In this document: piece after piece, positions 11,005 to 21,216 of the stretch | Numbering within the stretch: position 1 is the stretch's first letter | Layout of the letters: the number at the start of each line of letters is the position of its first letter | Assembly: GCA_965249485.1 (NCBI GenBank) | Contig: CBDFMG010000005.1 | Span: 32,001 to 96,000, forward strand | From: a bacterium | GTDB taxonomy: Bacteria; SM23-31 | Length of the DNA stretch: 64,000 nt | Direction of reading: 5' to 3' | Notes under the pieces: generated by a model | Databases searched by the model: none | What the model was told of the DNA's origin: nothing | Seen by the model: only the letters and a program-made list of their open reading frames with translations | Translations under genes and position numbers: made by a program

Positions 11005-11460
11005 ATGAACAATAATACTTCTAGAATCAACACAAGTGTAAAAAAAGATATCAAAATTCGTTGGGAACATTTTCTTTTAGCGCACCATCATACAATTAGA
11101 GGCGGATATGGTCCAGAGCTTGGCAGGGCAATGGAGTCATACATGAATCAATTCAGCCAGGTTCCACACAATGATGAGCAGCAGTGTATGAAAATGAACA
11201 AAACAACACGCAATGTGTTAAGACGGATATCAATTGCATTTAGGGAACTTCCAACATATCCTGTTGTTGCACCAATAACTGTTAATGCCGTGATCAAAGA
11301 TAATGTGCCACGAAAAGACAATAGAACTTTTAATGTTTATTTGAAACGTGTGATTCATTATCTCAAACCGCATATTTCAGAGGATGGAGTTGAGAAAAGA
11401 TCTGTTCAGGGGTTTTGTGAATATGTTGACAGATTGTTAGATGAAAATTCTTTGAAATGA
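11005..11460 (+). CDS. Putative RHH-domain DNA-binding protein
   Basis: SRINT...ELGRAMESY, paralogous to 10260..10499. Confidence 0.55.
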   Translation: MNNNTSRINTSVKKDIKIRWEHFLLAHHHTIRGGYGPELGRAMESYMNQFSQVPHNDEQQCMKMNKTTRNVLRRISIAFRELPTYPVVAPITVNAVIKDNVPRKDNRTFNVYLKRVIHYLKPHISEDGVEKRSVQGFCEYVDRLLDENSLK

Positions 11461-11474
11461 TATCTGAAAACTAA

Positions 11475-11520
11475 GTGAACTACCACCCAACAAGTACAGC
11501 GGTCTTCCCGCCGTGTGGTG
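11475..11520 (-). mobile_element. 46-bp IS605 end-fusion mini element
   Basis: GTGAACTACCACCCAACAAGTACAGCGGTCTTCCCGCCGTGTGGTG. Confidence 0.75.
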
Positions 11521-11582
11521 AAGAAACGAAACAATTCTACAAGGTAGCCAGACCAGACGGTTTTGATTTTCGCACAAACACG

Positions 11583-12590
11583 GTGAACTATCACAAAAAC
11601 ATAGGAAAGACAATCTCAAATCCAAAGAAGACAAAATTTACCTTCAGTGACATCTGTGCAGGAATTGGTGGAATGCGTTTGGCATTTGAAAACTTGGGAG
11701 GCGAATGTGTCTTTTCATCTGAATGGGACAAGTTCTGTCAAGAGACATATCGTGAAAACTTTGGAGAAACACCACAGGGAGACATCACAAAAATTCCAAT
11801 CAAAGATATTCCAAAACATGATATATTGCTTGCAGGATTTCCCTGTCAGCCTTTTTCTAAGAGTGGTTTTGCAACAAGAAAATTTCTAAACAAAAAAGAT
11901 GGATTTGGAGATGAAAATCAAGGAAAAATTTTCTTTCGTATTATAAAAATTATTGCTGAAAAAAAACCAAAGTGGATATTTCTTGAAAATGTACCTCGTC
12001 TTATAAAGATGGACAAAGGAAAAACATTTAGAATTATTTTAAGTGAACTTGAAAAATTAGGTTATGATTGTAAATACGAAGTCATTAGTGCAGAAACAGT
12101 AGTACCACAACGAAGAGAAAGGCTCTACATTGTAGCAACAAGAAAAGGAATTGATTTTGAATTTCCAGAAATTCCAGATTTAAAACCGCAATTAAAACAA
12201 ATATTTGAAAAAAATATTGACAGAAAATACATTCTGTCTGACAATACTTGGAACTGGTTGCAAAACCATGCAAAGAAACACTCTGCAATGGGAAACGGTT
12301 TTGGATTTCGTCTTGCCGATCCAAAAAAGACTGCATGTACGCTTAGTGCAAGATATGGCAAAGATGGATCAGAAATTTTGATTCAAAGAAGAAACAGTAA
12401 TCCTAGAAAGCTATCTCCAAGAGAATGTGCAAGACTGATGGGATTTCCAGATCAATTTAAAATCCCAGTCTCAGACACTCAAGCGTACAAACAGTTTGGA
12501 AAATCTGTAGTTGTTCCAATAATCTATTTGATCGGATACAATATGTTGGAACAATCACACCCCCAACAGAAAATTTATTTCAAGAAATAA
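11583..12590 (+). CDS. dcm: C5 cytosine DNA methyltransferase, Dcm/EcoRII-like
   Basis: AGIGG, GFPCQPFS, ENV, QRRER, TLSARYGKDGSEIL; start uncertain because the ORF-track start lies in the mini element; atypical DICAG and QFGKSV. Confidence 0.85.
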   Translation: MNYHKNIGKTISNPKKTKFTFSDICAGIGGMRLAFENLGGECVFSSEWDKFCQETYRENFGETPQGDITKIPIKDIPKHDILLAGFPCQPFSKSGFATRKFLNKKDGFGDENQGKIFFRIIKIIAEKKPKWIFLENVPRLIKMDKGKTFRIILSELEKLGYDCKYEVISAETVVPQRRERLYIVATRKGIDFEFPEIPDLKPQLKQIFEKNIDRKYILSDNTWNWLQNHAKKHSAMGNGFGFRLADPKKTACTLSARYGKDGSEILIQRRNSNPRKLSPRECARLMGFPDQFKIPVSDTQAYKQFGKSVVVPIIYLIGYNMLEQSHPQQKIYFKK

Positions 12591-12592
12591 TT

Positions 12593-13351
12593 TTGCAAAA
12601 ACTAAACCCATATCAAAGAAGCTCCATGATTCAGTGGTTTCAAAAAATAAAAGACCTGCCAATCCCACAACCAAAAACAGAGATTGTTCAAATTCCACAC
12701 AAAAAATTCATTGAACTAATTGATGGCAATTCTACCCTATCTGAATACAGTGAACAATTCTCACAAATCATGGATTCACTAAAACCATTTCCAATATTTT
12801 TGAGAACTGACAATTCCAGCCAGAAACACTCCTTCAAGAAAACATGCAGACTGCCAAACAAAGAATCGCTGCTTGGTCATATTTTGGAACTAGTTGATTC
12901 TAACATGGCATTAGATCTTGTAGACAATGCCATAGTGTTTAGAAAATGGCTTGACTTGGATGCAGGGTTTGTAGCCTTTAATGGCTTGCCAATCAACGTT
13001 GAGGCAAGACTGTTCATTAATCATGGTATGGTGCAATGCGTTCACCCGTACTGGCCTGAAGATGCGATAGAATCATGGTGGAATAGTAGAAAAACATTTG
13101 AGACCCAATTTGACACAAAACTGCCATTTCAGATAAATGACTCTTGGAAAGAAATTCTCGAATCCCAAAATGATATTGTGTTACAATCTGCATCTATTCT
13201 AGAAAAGTATGCCAAACTAATCATCGATAGGATGGGAAATGACTTTTGGAGTATAGATTTTGCACTGGGTAGAGATGGCAAGTGGTATCTGATAGATTGT
13301 GCTGCAGGTGAGGTGTCATATCATTATCCTAATTGTAAATTTGGAGATTAG
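12593..13351 (+). CDS. ATP-grasp-like protein
   Basis: FLRTD..S.KH, EARLFI, WSIDF...WYLID. Confidence 0.55.
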   Translation: MQKLNPYQRSSMIQWFQKIKDLPIPQPKTEIVQIPHKKFIELIDGNSTLSEYSEQFSQIMDSLKPFPIFLRTDNSSQKHSFKKTCRLPNKESLLGHILELVDSNMALDLVDNAIVFRKWLDLDAGFVAFNGLPINVEARLFINHGMVQCVHPYWPEDAIESWWNSRKTFETQFDTKLPFQINDSWKEILESQNDIVLQSASILEKYAKLIIDRMGNDFWSIDFALGRDGKWYLIDCAAGEVSYHYPNCKFGD

Positions 13352-13398
13352 ATTATACAAATCAACAACCGGGATAACTGTATATCTAGATTGAACTA

Positions 13399-14253
13399 AT
13401 GAAATGTAGTAAATGTCATAGAGAATCAAATTCTCTAACTGGAGGAATATCAGGCCCAATGTACTGTTCTGATTGTTATGTACCTTTTGAAAAAAGGGAT
13501 GACTTTGATTATGTTGCTACTGGAAAAACTTCTGGTCATGTAAAACTGCCTAACGGAATATGTGGGATTTGTGGAGAATCCACAGTACAACCATACCCTA
13601 CAGGATTATGGATTCACTATCAGGAAGATGCAGATGAAGATGAATATCAAACCTTTGATCATGTTCCAAGACAAGCTAACATCTTGGAACTGTTAATGAT
13701 TAAGAGTGAAGATGAACATAAAAAAAATGGGATCGGGGGGATTGAATGGTATCACTATGATGAAGAAGCAAAAGCAAGTCCATATTGTGTTGAAAGAGGA
13801 GTGATGAAGGATAGACATACTGAATGTCTAATCCATAAAAAATACTGGGCTAAAGAACTAAAACAATCAAAAAAAGATACTGACAAACTAGTAGGAAATC
13901 CTGACGGTGACTATGGTTACAAAAGCACAATTGATGATTTCATCATGTATAGTGAACGAGAAAATACACTGCAATTCAAAGAATTCATTACAAACAACAA
14001 AATTAAAAAATTACCTCAAAATCCACCGGTCCCAATTACTCATTATGAATTCTATATTATCAAAGGCATAAGGCATCCTGAATCAATATTGGTAAAAAAA
14101 TTAAAAGAATCTAACTTGGATTCAACTATTGAGGAAGGCGAACCATTCAGAGTAGATGGTAAAACATACTACATATCTAGTATTAATGATCGTCATAGGC
14201 ATAAGTCCAAAACCAAGAATTTGATTCAGGTTCACTTGAAGACACAAAAATGA
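13399..14253 (+). CDS. Hypothetical protein with N-terminal CxxC motifs
   Basis: 284-aa ORF, three CxxC. Confidence 0.6.
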   Translation: MKCSKCHRESNSLTGGISGPMYCSDCYVPFEKRDDFDYVATGKTSGHVKLPNGICGICGESTVQPYPTGLWIHYQEDADEDEYQTFDHVPRQANILELLMIKSEDEHKKNGIGGIEWYHYDEEAKASPYCVERGVMKDRHTECLIHKKYWAKELKQSKKDTDKLVGNPDGDYGYKSTIDDFIMYSERENTLQFKEFITNNKIKKLPQNPPVPITHYEFYIIKGIRHPESILVKKLKESNLDSTIEEGEPFRVDGKTYYISSINDRHRHKSKTKNLIQVHLKTQK

Positions 14254-14432
14254 AATAATCAGCAGAAATTACAATGAAGATTGACCTTCACCATGGTTCT
14301 GGTGCAAAATAGTGATCGAGATCACCAAAATGCACCAGCAGGGTCTGACACATTATCTCATATCATAATTTCTGAACAAACTTGTCTCAAAACTATAAAA
14401 TCTCAATTTAGAGAAGATCCATATTTCATGTT

Positions 14433-14657
14433 TTGTATAGCAGATCACTAGAATGCACCAGAACCTGGCTAAGTGGAAAAAAGGTCAAAAAGAGTTCCCC
14501 TGTAAGTCCTTCTTATGATGATAGACGTGGCTGTATGATAGTGGTTCCAAAGCCGATAGTTGAAGCGTTAAAATCACCTGAAAAAACTGTGTTTAAGATC
14601 AGTGGTTCTAAAATCAATGTTACTGCTGGAGGAGGAGGAAGGATAAAAAATGGGTAG
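14433..14657 (+). CDS. AbrB-like small DNA-binding protein
   Basis: IVVPKPIVEAL..P....F.I pattern; start uncertain. Confidence 0.5.
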   Translation: MYSRSLECTRTWLSGKKVKKSSPVSPSYDDRRGCMIVVPKPIVEALKSPEKTVFKISGSKINVTAGGGGRIKNG

Positions 14658-15207
14658 TAAAATACCAAAATACAAAACAATAGTTATTGATCCTCCATGG
14701 AGAATTACAACAACAGGTCCAAATTCCAAACCTTGTCATGGTACACTCAAAAGGCGGTTATCTTACAAAACAATGTCAGATCGGGAAATAGCAGAATTTC
14801 CGATTGATGATTTTGCACACAAAAATTGTAATTTATTTTTATGGACAACACACAAAAAATTGCCTTTTGCTTTGGAAATCATAAAAAATTGGGGATTTAA
14901 GCATTATTGTGTATTTACATGGATAAAAAATTCTGGCATTACTATGCAAGGCGTATTTAGAAATAGTGAGTTTGCAGTGTTTGGATATAGGGGAGAGTTC
15001 AACATTCCGTTTACAGGCAAAGCTATGCCAACAGCCTTTAAAGCAAAGACAGGCATCCATTCAGAAAAACCATCAGAATTTTATGAAATTATCAGAAGCA
15101 AGACACAAGCTCCAAGAATAGATATTTTTGCACGAAGGCAACATCATGGTTTTGCAGCATGGGGAGACGAAGTAGAGATGCAAGCTCAATCAATTTTAAC
15201 TAAATGA
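14650..15207 (+). CDS. MT-A70 family adenine methyltransferase
   Basis: IVIDPPW, LFLWTT, WGF, HSEKP, IDIFAR, WGDE. Confidence 0.92.
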   Translation: MGSKIPKYKTIVIDPPWRITTTGPNSKPCHGTLKRRLSYKTMSDREIAEFPIDDFAHKNCNLFLWTTHKKLPFALEIIKNWGFKHYCVFTWIKNSGITMQGVFRNSEFAVFGYRGEFNIPFTGKAMPTAFKAKTGIHSEKPSEFYEIIRSKTQAPRIDIFARRQHHGFAAWGDEVEMQAQSILTK

Positions 15208-15626
15208 GACTTGGGCATAACTAATTCTCATTTTTAATCAGTTTCTCAAATTATTGCAATCAAAAAAGCTAAGGATCTCATCATGTTTTATTCATTGCAA
15301 CATGAGCAAACAAGTGAGAATCCCCTGCAGCGCCATACTAGACCTCTTGCGTAATTACCAACAAAGCGTGTCGTCTAATCGAGTTAATTCATCGTCGTCA
15401 TGGAATCACAACAAAATCCTCTTTCCACCGTATCCTGAAATTGACCAGGCCGCATATGATGTCGCTGATGCAGTCATAACGGCGCAGCCTGTTCCTGAAT
15501 CTATTTTCTCAAACATTCACTCATTTTACCAAGAACTGTCTAAAATATTGTATCTGACATTTTTGTCTTTTCAACATTTGATTTGAGCATTTTAGAATCA
15601 TGTCATTAATTTAAAATTACAACAAA

Positions 15627-16076
15627 ATGAAAATTCTTCAAGTTCCTGTACTATTTTGTTTTAGATGTGAAACTACGTTCACTCCACGTATTGATCCCAA
15701 TGATGAGTGTGTGACTATACCAAAAGCATGTCCCAAACGAGATTGTCGTTCACAAACATGGAATATACCTGATGACGAACTAAATATTATTCGTCAAACC
15801 CAAAATAATAATTTGCTTTTAGGTCCAGGATATCGTAAAATAATGAAGAAAAGCGTTCCAGTACTGGGCAAGTACAAACCAAAAAAATCAGAAAAAACAC
15901 CATTAGTTGTATGTATTGATTGTGAATTATTCTTCCATGACGAATCTGGTTTGAAAAGACACCGACATAGAAGACATCATGGAATGTGTATGAAATGCCA
16001 CTCCAGTAACGTGTATGTGATGAGAGTAAATGATACTACAATTTGCAGAACTTGCAATGTTGTCAAAGAGCAATGA
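15627..16076 (+). CDS. Multi-zinc-finger protein
   Basis: CFRC..CPKRDC, C2H2 CIDC...H...H, CMKC..CRTC. Confidence 0.7.
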   Translation: MKILQVPVLFCFRCETTFTPRIDPNDECVTIPKACPKRDCRSQTWNIPDDELNIIRQTQNNNLLLGPGYRKIMKKSVPVLGKYKPKKSEKTPLVVCIDCELFFHDESGLKRHRHRRHHGMCMKCHSSNVYVMRVNDTTICRTCNVVKEQ

Positions 16077-16083
16077 GGATTAT

Positions 16084-16129
16084 AACCACACGGCAAGAAG
16101 GCCGCCGTACAAGTACGGTGGCGGTTCAC
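16084..16129 (+). mobile_element. 46-bp IS605 end-fusion mini element
   Basis: Preceded by TTAT; ends TTCAC. Confidence 0.8.
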
Positions 16130-16270
16130 ATTTTAAAGAAGATGTTAATTTGGATGAATCAATACAATCACAATTTTGTATTTCACCTAGAGGCGATTCA
16201 ATTATTCATACATACATAAACGTACATACATATAAATATCATATCTTCGCATAATATACTGAAGGGTATA

Positions 16271-16684
16271 ATGGCATTACAATCACAGTATCGGGAACCT
16301 CATATAGTACCTGAATTATGGTGGTGGATTAATAGGGTTGAGAGAAAAACACCAGCATTTGTGCCAGTTGCAGACAGGTATTGTAAACCGTTGATTAAAA
16401 AATTAAAAAGAGTCATGCCATTACTAAAAAAATACGGTAAAGATTCAGATCAATTCCTTTTTGAAGATGAGCGTGGATGGGTTGAATCATTGGAAGATAA
16501 ACTACTAAAAGAACCTCATATGCGTATAATGAAATTTGATTTTGTAAAAGGCGTTATTCACAAAAATCTTATCCTGAGGTCACATGAATTGAAGAGACCT
16601 GAGTTTTGGAATTACAGACCACCATATTATATCACTGGTCGGGATGATGTACTGAGAGATTCAAGGACAGGAAAGAAAGTATGA
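16271..16684 (+). CDS. Hypothetical protein
   Basis: 137-aa ORF, ATGA overlap with next gene. Confidence 0.6.
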   Translation: MALQSQYREPHIVPELWWWINRVERKTPAFVPVADRYCKPLIKKLKRVMPLLKKYGKDSDQFLFEDERGWVESLEDKLLKEPHMRIMKFDFVKGVIHKNLILRSHELKRPEFWNYRPPYYITGRDDVLRDSRTGKKV

Positions 16685-16995
16685 ACGAAGGACAAAATGA
16701 TCAAGATGTTGGGAGAGAGTTAGATTATATTTTGGAGAAAAGCAAAAAGCATAATCCTACACTGAGAAATTTTGTCCAAGTTGAGAAATTAATATTTGAA
16801 AACAAAGAGTTTGAAACCAAACGAGAACTATATAATCTATTGCCCAAAGGAATGCAGTACCCAACATTTAATTTCATTTTGGATGTTTTAGAAAAGCAAA
16901 ACAAAATCATGTTTGACAAAGACGGTTCTTTTTTTTGGCTTGGACCTGCAAGCCAAAAATTAGAGAAGAGCGTAAAAACCTCAAAACAGTATTAG
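16681..16995 (+). CDS. Winged-helix-like protein
   Basis: PTL....VE.....TK.EL...LPK.M.Y.T...IL..LE..NKI. Confidence 0.6.
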   Translation: MNEGQNDQDVGRELDYILEKSKKHNPTLRNFVQVEKLIFENKEFETKRELYNLLPKGMQYPTFNFILDVLEKQNKIMFDKDGSFFWLGPASQKLEKSVKTSKQY

Positions 16996-17065
16996 GTGTT
17001 TTGAAAATTCATCTAGTTCTGACCAAAGCATATTGGCATAATATTTTAAGGGGCGCTAAAAAGTA

Positions 17066-18421
17066 TTGAATATAGCCAAAAAGAAATTTCTCATTGTTGG
17101 AAGCGGAGGGCGTGAAAGTGCTTTTGCATCACAACTCATGAAAGACACACAGTTGTATGCTGTCATTCATCACAAAAATCCATTCATCATAGATTGTGTG
17201 GCACGATCAGGCGGAAAATGTTTTGTCGGTGATGCCAATGATCCGCAAGTGGTTCTGAACTTTGCAAAAGAGAACAACATAGATTATGCTTTTGTGAGTG
17301 CAGACCAACCACTAGCTAATGGCGTTGTAGACATTCTGCTGGAAAATAATTTTAAAGCCATTGGAGGGACAAAAGAGGCAACACGCATTGAATGGGATAA
17401 AATCTATTCGATACAAATGATGAAAAAAGTGTGTCCCGAATTCACGCCTTTTTACAGAGTTGTCTCATCAGTTGGAGAATTAAAAGATGCGATGGAATCA
17501 TTTGAATTTAGAGAACTTGATGTAGTGGTAAAACCTCAAGGGCTTACAGGCGGCAAGGGTGTAAAGGTAATGCCTGAGCATCTATCAACATACCATGATT
17601 GTATTGACTATGCCGCCCTTCTTCTCAAAAATCGTAACGAAAAAGTCCTGTTGGTGGAAAAACTGCAAGGCATAGAGTTTACCATTATGGGAATCACAGA
17701 TGGTGAGAATCTCGTGGTCTCTCCAGCAAGTTACGACTATCCGTTTCGACATGAAGATGATGAAGGTGCAGGAACTGGCGGCATGGGATGCTTTACAAAT
17801 TCGGAGAAAAAACTGCCGTTCATGAGCGATAAGGACTTGGATGACTGCAAATCCATAATGAAAAAGATCATTGATGAGATGAAATCAAGAGGTCTCTTTT
17901 TCAATGGCGTTCTTAATGGTGGATTCTTCAAAACAAAAAACGGCATAAAGTTCATGGAGTTTAACGGGCGCTTTGGCGATCCTGAGGGATTAAACATTCT
18001 CAGCATCATTGAAGGTTCTTTTTCCGAACTGCTAATTCACCTTTGGAACAAGACACTGTCGGAAGGAACAGTCTCTTTTGTAAAAAAAGCAAGCGTTGTA
18101 AAGTATTTGGTAGCACATGAATATCCAGAACAAAGTGACAAGGTAATTTCTTTTACAATTAATGAAAAGGAAATTAATGATCTGGGTGTAAAAATATTCT
18201 TTGCCTCTTGTGTAAAAACAGGGGAACGACAATATGAAACCCTGAAAAAATCACGGGTAGTTGCATTTAGTGCAGTTTCGGACGACATAGAAGCGGCATC
18301 ATTGCTCGTAAACGAGGCAATTGACACACATGTCAAGGGTGTATTGGAATACAGACATGACATTGGTTCTCAAAAGAGCTTGGAAAAACTGCAAAGAACC
18401 AACACTGAATTAACCACGTGA
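17066..18421 (+). CDS. purD: Phosphoribosylamine-glycine ligase
   Basis: VGSGGRES, KPQGLTGGKGV, TGGMG, EFNGRFGDPE. Confidence 0.93.
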   Translation: MNIAKKKFLIVGSGGRESAFASQLMKDTQLYAVIHHKNPFIIDCVARSGGKCFVGDANDPQVVLNFAKENNIDYAFVSADQPLANGVVDILLENNFKAIGGTKEATRIEWDKIYSIQMMKKVCPEFTPFYRVVSSVGELKDAMESFEFRELDVVVKPQGLTGGKGVKVMPEHLSTYHDCIDYAALLLKNRNEKVLLVEKLQGIEFTIMGITDGENLVVSPASYDYPFRHEDDEGAGTGGMGCFTNSEKKLPFMSDKDLDDCKSIMKKIIDEMKSRGLFFNGVLNGGFFKTKNGIKFMEFNGRFGDPEGLNILSIIEGSFSELLIHLWNKTLSEGTVSFVKKASVVKYLVAHEYPEQSDKVISFTINEKEINDLGVKIFFASCVKTGERQYETLKKSRVVAFSAVSDDIEAASLLVNEAIDTHVKGVLEYRHDIGSQKSLEKLQRTNTELTT

Positions 18422-18430
18422 GTAATATGC

Positions 18431-18772
18431 ATGGATTTTAGCAAACCATTCATTCCAGAAGACAATGCCGTAATTCTTCTGAAACAATCATTCGTAAGAG
18501 AGCGTGAATGTGATTCCGTCCTGTCTGAAATACCTGATGATTTTTACCAGAAATTATCCGTTGACATGAAAAAACTGGAAGGAAAATCACTGCGAGACAC
18601 ACATGTGCTGTTTGATGAGTTTGTAAGGATGAGGCATTCCAAGATTGTACGATTTGCATCAGTCATGAAATTGAACAGTTCCATTGAAAAGAGCATGTCT
18701 GATGAGGAGAAAAATTTCTACGAGCTGGTGAATCTGTCTAGTGAATTCTTTTTGAAGAAAATTAATTCTTAA
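18431..18772 (+). CDS. GINS subunit-like protein (helical A domain only)
   Basis: LSEIPDDFY...RxxKIVRFA...EEKNFY. Confidence 0.7.
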   Translation: MDFSKPFIPEDNAVILLKQSFVRERECDSVLSEIPDDFYQKLSVDMKKLEGKSLRDTHVLFDEFVRMRHSKIVRFASVMKLNSSIEKSMSDEEKNFYELVNLSSEFFLKKINS

Positions 18773-18782
18773 AATTCATAAA

Positions 18783-19190
18783 ATGAAAGTTGCAATAGTT
18801 GGAACAACATCAAACTTTTCAGAAAACCAACAAATAGACATGAGGCAGTACATCTCCCTGGTGCTCAAAAGATATTCTTCTGATACTGTGATGATTAGTG
18901 GTGGCGCTCAAGGTGTTGATGAAATAGCGATAGAAATTGCCAAAAATATTGGATTTGAAGCAAAGGTGTACAAACCAGAAAAAGAAGAATGGAGATATTA
19001 TAAAAAAAGGAACTTGCAAATTGCCAATGATTGTGATGAATTGCACTGTTTTTCAATACCTGTCAAAACCAAGAAATGCTATCATCATGACACTCCACAA
19101 GAACATGAAAAGACCGCTGGGTGTTGGACTGCATGTAAAGTATCTGAGATGAACAAACCATGCCAATTAGTAGTAATCCCAAACAGATGA
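18783..19190 (+). CDS. SLOG/DUF2493-like protein
   Basis: KVAIVG, ISGGAQGVD, RNLQIA. Confidence 0.75.
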   Translation: MKVAIVGTTSNFSENQQIDMRQYISLVLKRYSSDTVMISGGAQGVDEIAIEIAKNIGFEAKVYKPEKEEWRYYKKRNLQIANDCDELHCFSIPVKTKKCYHHDTPQEHEKTAGCWTACKVSEMNKPCQLVVIPNR

Positions 19191-19214
19191 TTACGAGTTA
19201 CGTTTTATCTAAGA

Positions 19215-19433
19215 TTGGGATGGTTATTTTCTAAGATGCCTGACTGGATTATAATTGAGACAAAATTTCCAAACGAATGTGTACTGTGCAGTGAACAGAT
19301 TGATGATGGCTCCACGGCATACTGGAAAAAAGGAACTGGTTTGAAACACTATCCTGAATGCATTACAGGATTCACTGAAGACAAATCAGAACTACGAATA
19401 ATAGATGGTGATTTTGAGGATTATCTGAAATGA
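19215..19433 (+). CDS. Small zinc-binding protein
   Basis: CVLC...H..C; overlaps helicase start. Confidence 0.55.
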   Translation: MGWLFSKMPDWIIIETKFPNECVLCSEQIDDGSTAYWKKGTGLKHYPECITGFTEDKSELRIIDGDFEDYLK

Positions 19434-21085
19434 CATTTTTAGATGATTTCCCACAAAAATACACCCCGAGAGAGACACAGAAGCAAGTAATTAATGATAT
19501 AGAATCTGCTATTTCATCAGGATACAAGAATATCCTACTTTGTGTTCCAACAGGTGTTGGGAAATCTCACATTGCCATCACTGTTGCAAAGTCTTTGGGA
19601 ACATCATTTATCATAACAGCCCAAAAGATACTGCAGGATCAGTACACAAACGACTTTAATTTCATTTATCCCATGAAGGGTAAACCAAACTTTCCATGTA
19701 TGGATATGTATGATGTAAAAAAAATTCCATATGAGAAGGCAAGAAATGATAGTACAATTTCATGTAATCTTGGAAACTGCTCATGGGAAGAAACTATTGA
19801 AGGCAAGAAAAAAACTGAATACTGCAAATTCAAGCCAAAACTAGAATCATTTCCAAGATATAATGTGGGAACAGAAGATGAAAGGATTGGAGAGCCTGAC
19901 GATACGACATGCTATTACTACAATCAAAAATACCAGTCCCTTTTGGCAACACATGCCCTGTTCAACTATTCGTCATACTTTCAAACAAGACTATACAATC
20001 AGGGAATAGGACCACTCCTGGAACGAGACTGTCTTATAGCTGATGAGGCACACGAGATTGAAGACCAGATAATAGGCTACATTGGATTTGACATTAGGCC
20101 CAGATTTTTAGAAGATGTAAGAATGGATTTTGCAGACTATACAACAAATACAGTTGATGGAGTTTTAGAATTGCTAGAGATACTTGGCAATGAATACACC
20201 AAGGAAGTTAGGCGTTTGGAGAATCAAGGCGACAAGCGAGCCCAAACATTCAGAAAGAGAAGAGACAAGATTGATGATGCATATTATGAATTCAAAGACA
20301 ATTCAGACAATTTTGTAATTCAAGAAACCAACCAATCTGGCAAAATTATGTTAGTATCAATTAAGCCAATTGAGATAGGAAGGTATGTTGGTAAATTCTT
20401 TGACAGGCCACACCAAATCTTCATGAGTGCAACAATTAACAAGCAGATATTTTGCAGGACGATGTCAATTCCAGAGTCAGACTGTGCATTTATCGAGGTG
20501 GAGAGATCACCATTTCCAGCAAGTAACAGAAAAATAGTTTTTCATAATGTTCGGAAATTAAACTACCGCTCCACTGATGATGATTATCGTGCAGTGTTTG
20601 AAAAGATAGGAGAAATTCTAAAATCTCATTTACATGAAAAGGGATTAATCCTCACCACAACAAAAAAGCAATGCCAGGACATCTCTAATCATCTTGGTGA
20701 TAGAATAGTAATTGCCCATGAAGGTGTAGAAGGAAAACGTGAGAAAATACTGGAATACCACAAAAAAACTAACGACCCTGACGTGCTGACATCGCCATCA
20801 TTCTGGTATGGAATAGACCTCAAGGGGGATCTGTCTCGATTCCAGGTTATTCTGAAGGCGCCATATCCATCTATGGCAGACAAACGAACCAAGATGAAGT
20901 CAGAGCGTGATCCTTTGTGGTACCAAAACAAGGCATTGGAGAAATTACTGCAGGGATTTGGACGCTCCATTAGAAACGAGAATGACTATGCCATCACTCA
21001 CGTGCTAGATGAGGCTGTTATTTTACTGCTGAATAGGATGAAGAGATTTGTGCCAAAGGCATATCATGATTCGCTTGGCTGGTAG
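19430..21085 (+). CDS. XPD/DinG-family ATP-dependent DNA helicase
   Basis: PTGVGKS, DEAH, MSAT, GIDL, QGFGRSIR; Cys cluster. Confidence 0.92.
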   Translation: MTFLDDFPQKYTPRETQKQVINDIESAISSGYKNILLCVPTGVGKSHIAITVAKSLGTSFIITAQKILQDQYTNDFNFIYPMKGKPNFPCMDMYDVKKIPYEKARNDSTISCNLGNCSWEETIEGKKKTEYCKFKPKLESFPRYNVGTEDERIGEPDDTTCYYYNQKYQSLLATHALFNYSSYFQTRLYNQGIGPLLERDCLIADEAHEIEDQIIGYIGFDIRPRFLEDVRMDFADYTTNTVDGVLELLEILGNEYTKEVRRLENQGDKRAQTFRKRRDKIDDAYYEFKDNSDNFVIQETNQSGKIMLVSIKPIEIGRYVGKFFDRPHQIFMSATINKQIFCRTMSIPESDCAFIEVERSPFPASNRKIVFHNVRKLNYRSTDDDYRAVFEKIGEILKSHLHEKGLILTTTKKQCQDISNHLGDRIVIAHEGVEGKREKILEYHKKTNDPDVLTSPSFWYGIDLKGDLSRFQVILKAPYPSMADKRTKMKSERDPLWYQNKALEKLLQGFGRSIRNENDYAITHVLDEAVILLLNRMKRFVPKAYHDSLGW

Positions 21086-21216
21086 TTCACGATTAATTCT
21101 ATACAGCAATGATGAACATGAAAAGAGCAGATGTTGTAAGAACAATAACGATATGTTGGCTTGAAAACAAATCATTGCTTTCAAACAATAAGAAAAAATC
21201 TGGGAGCAGAAAATAG

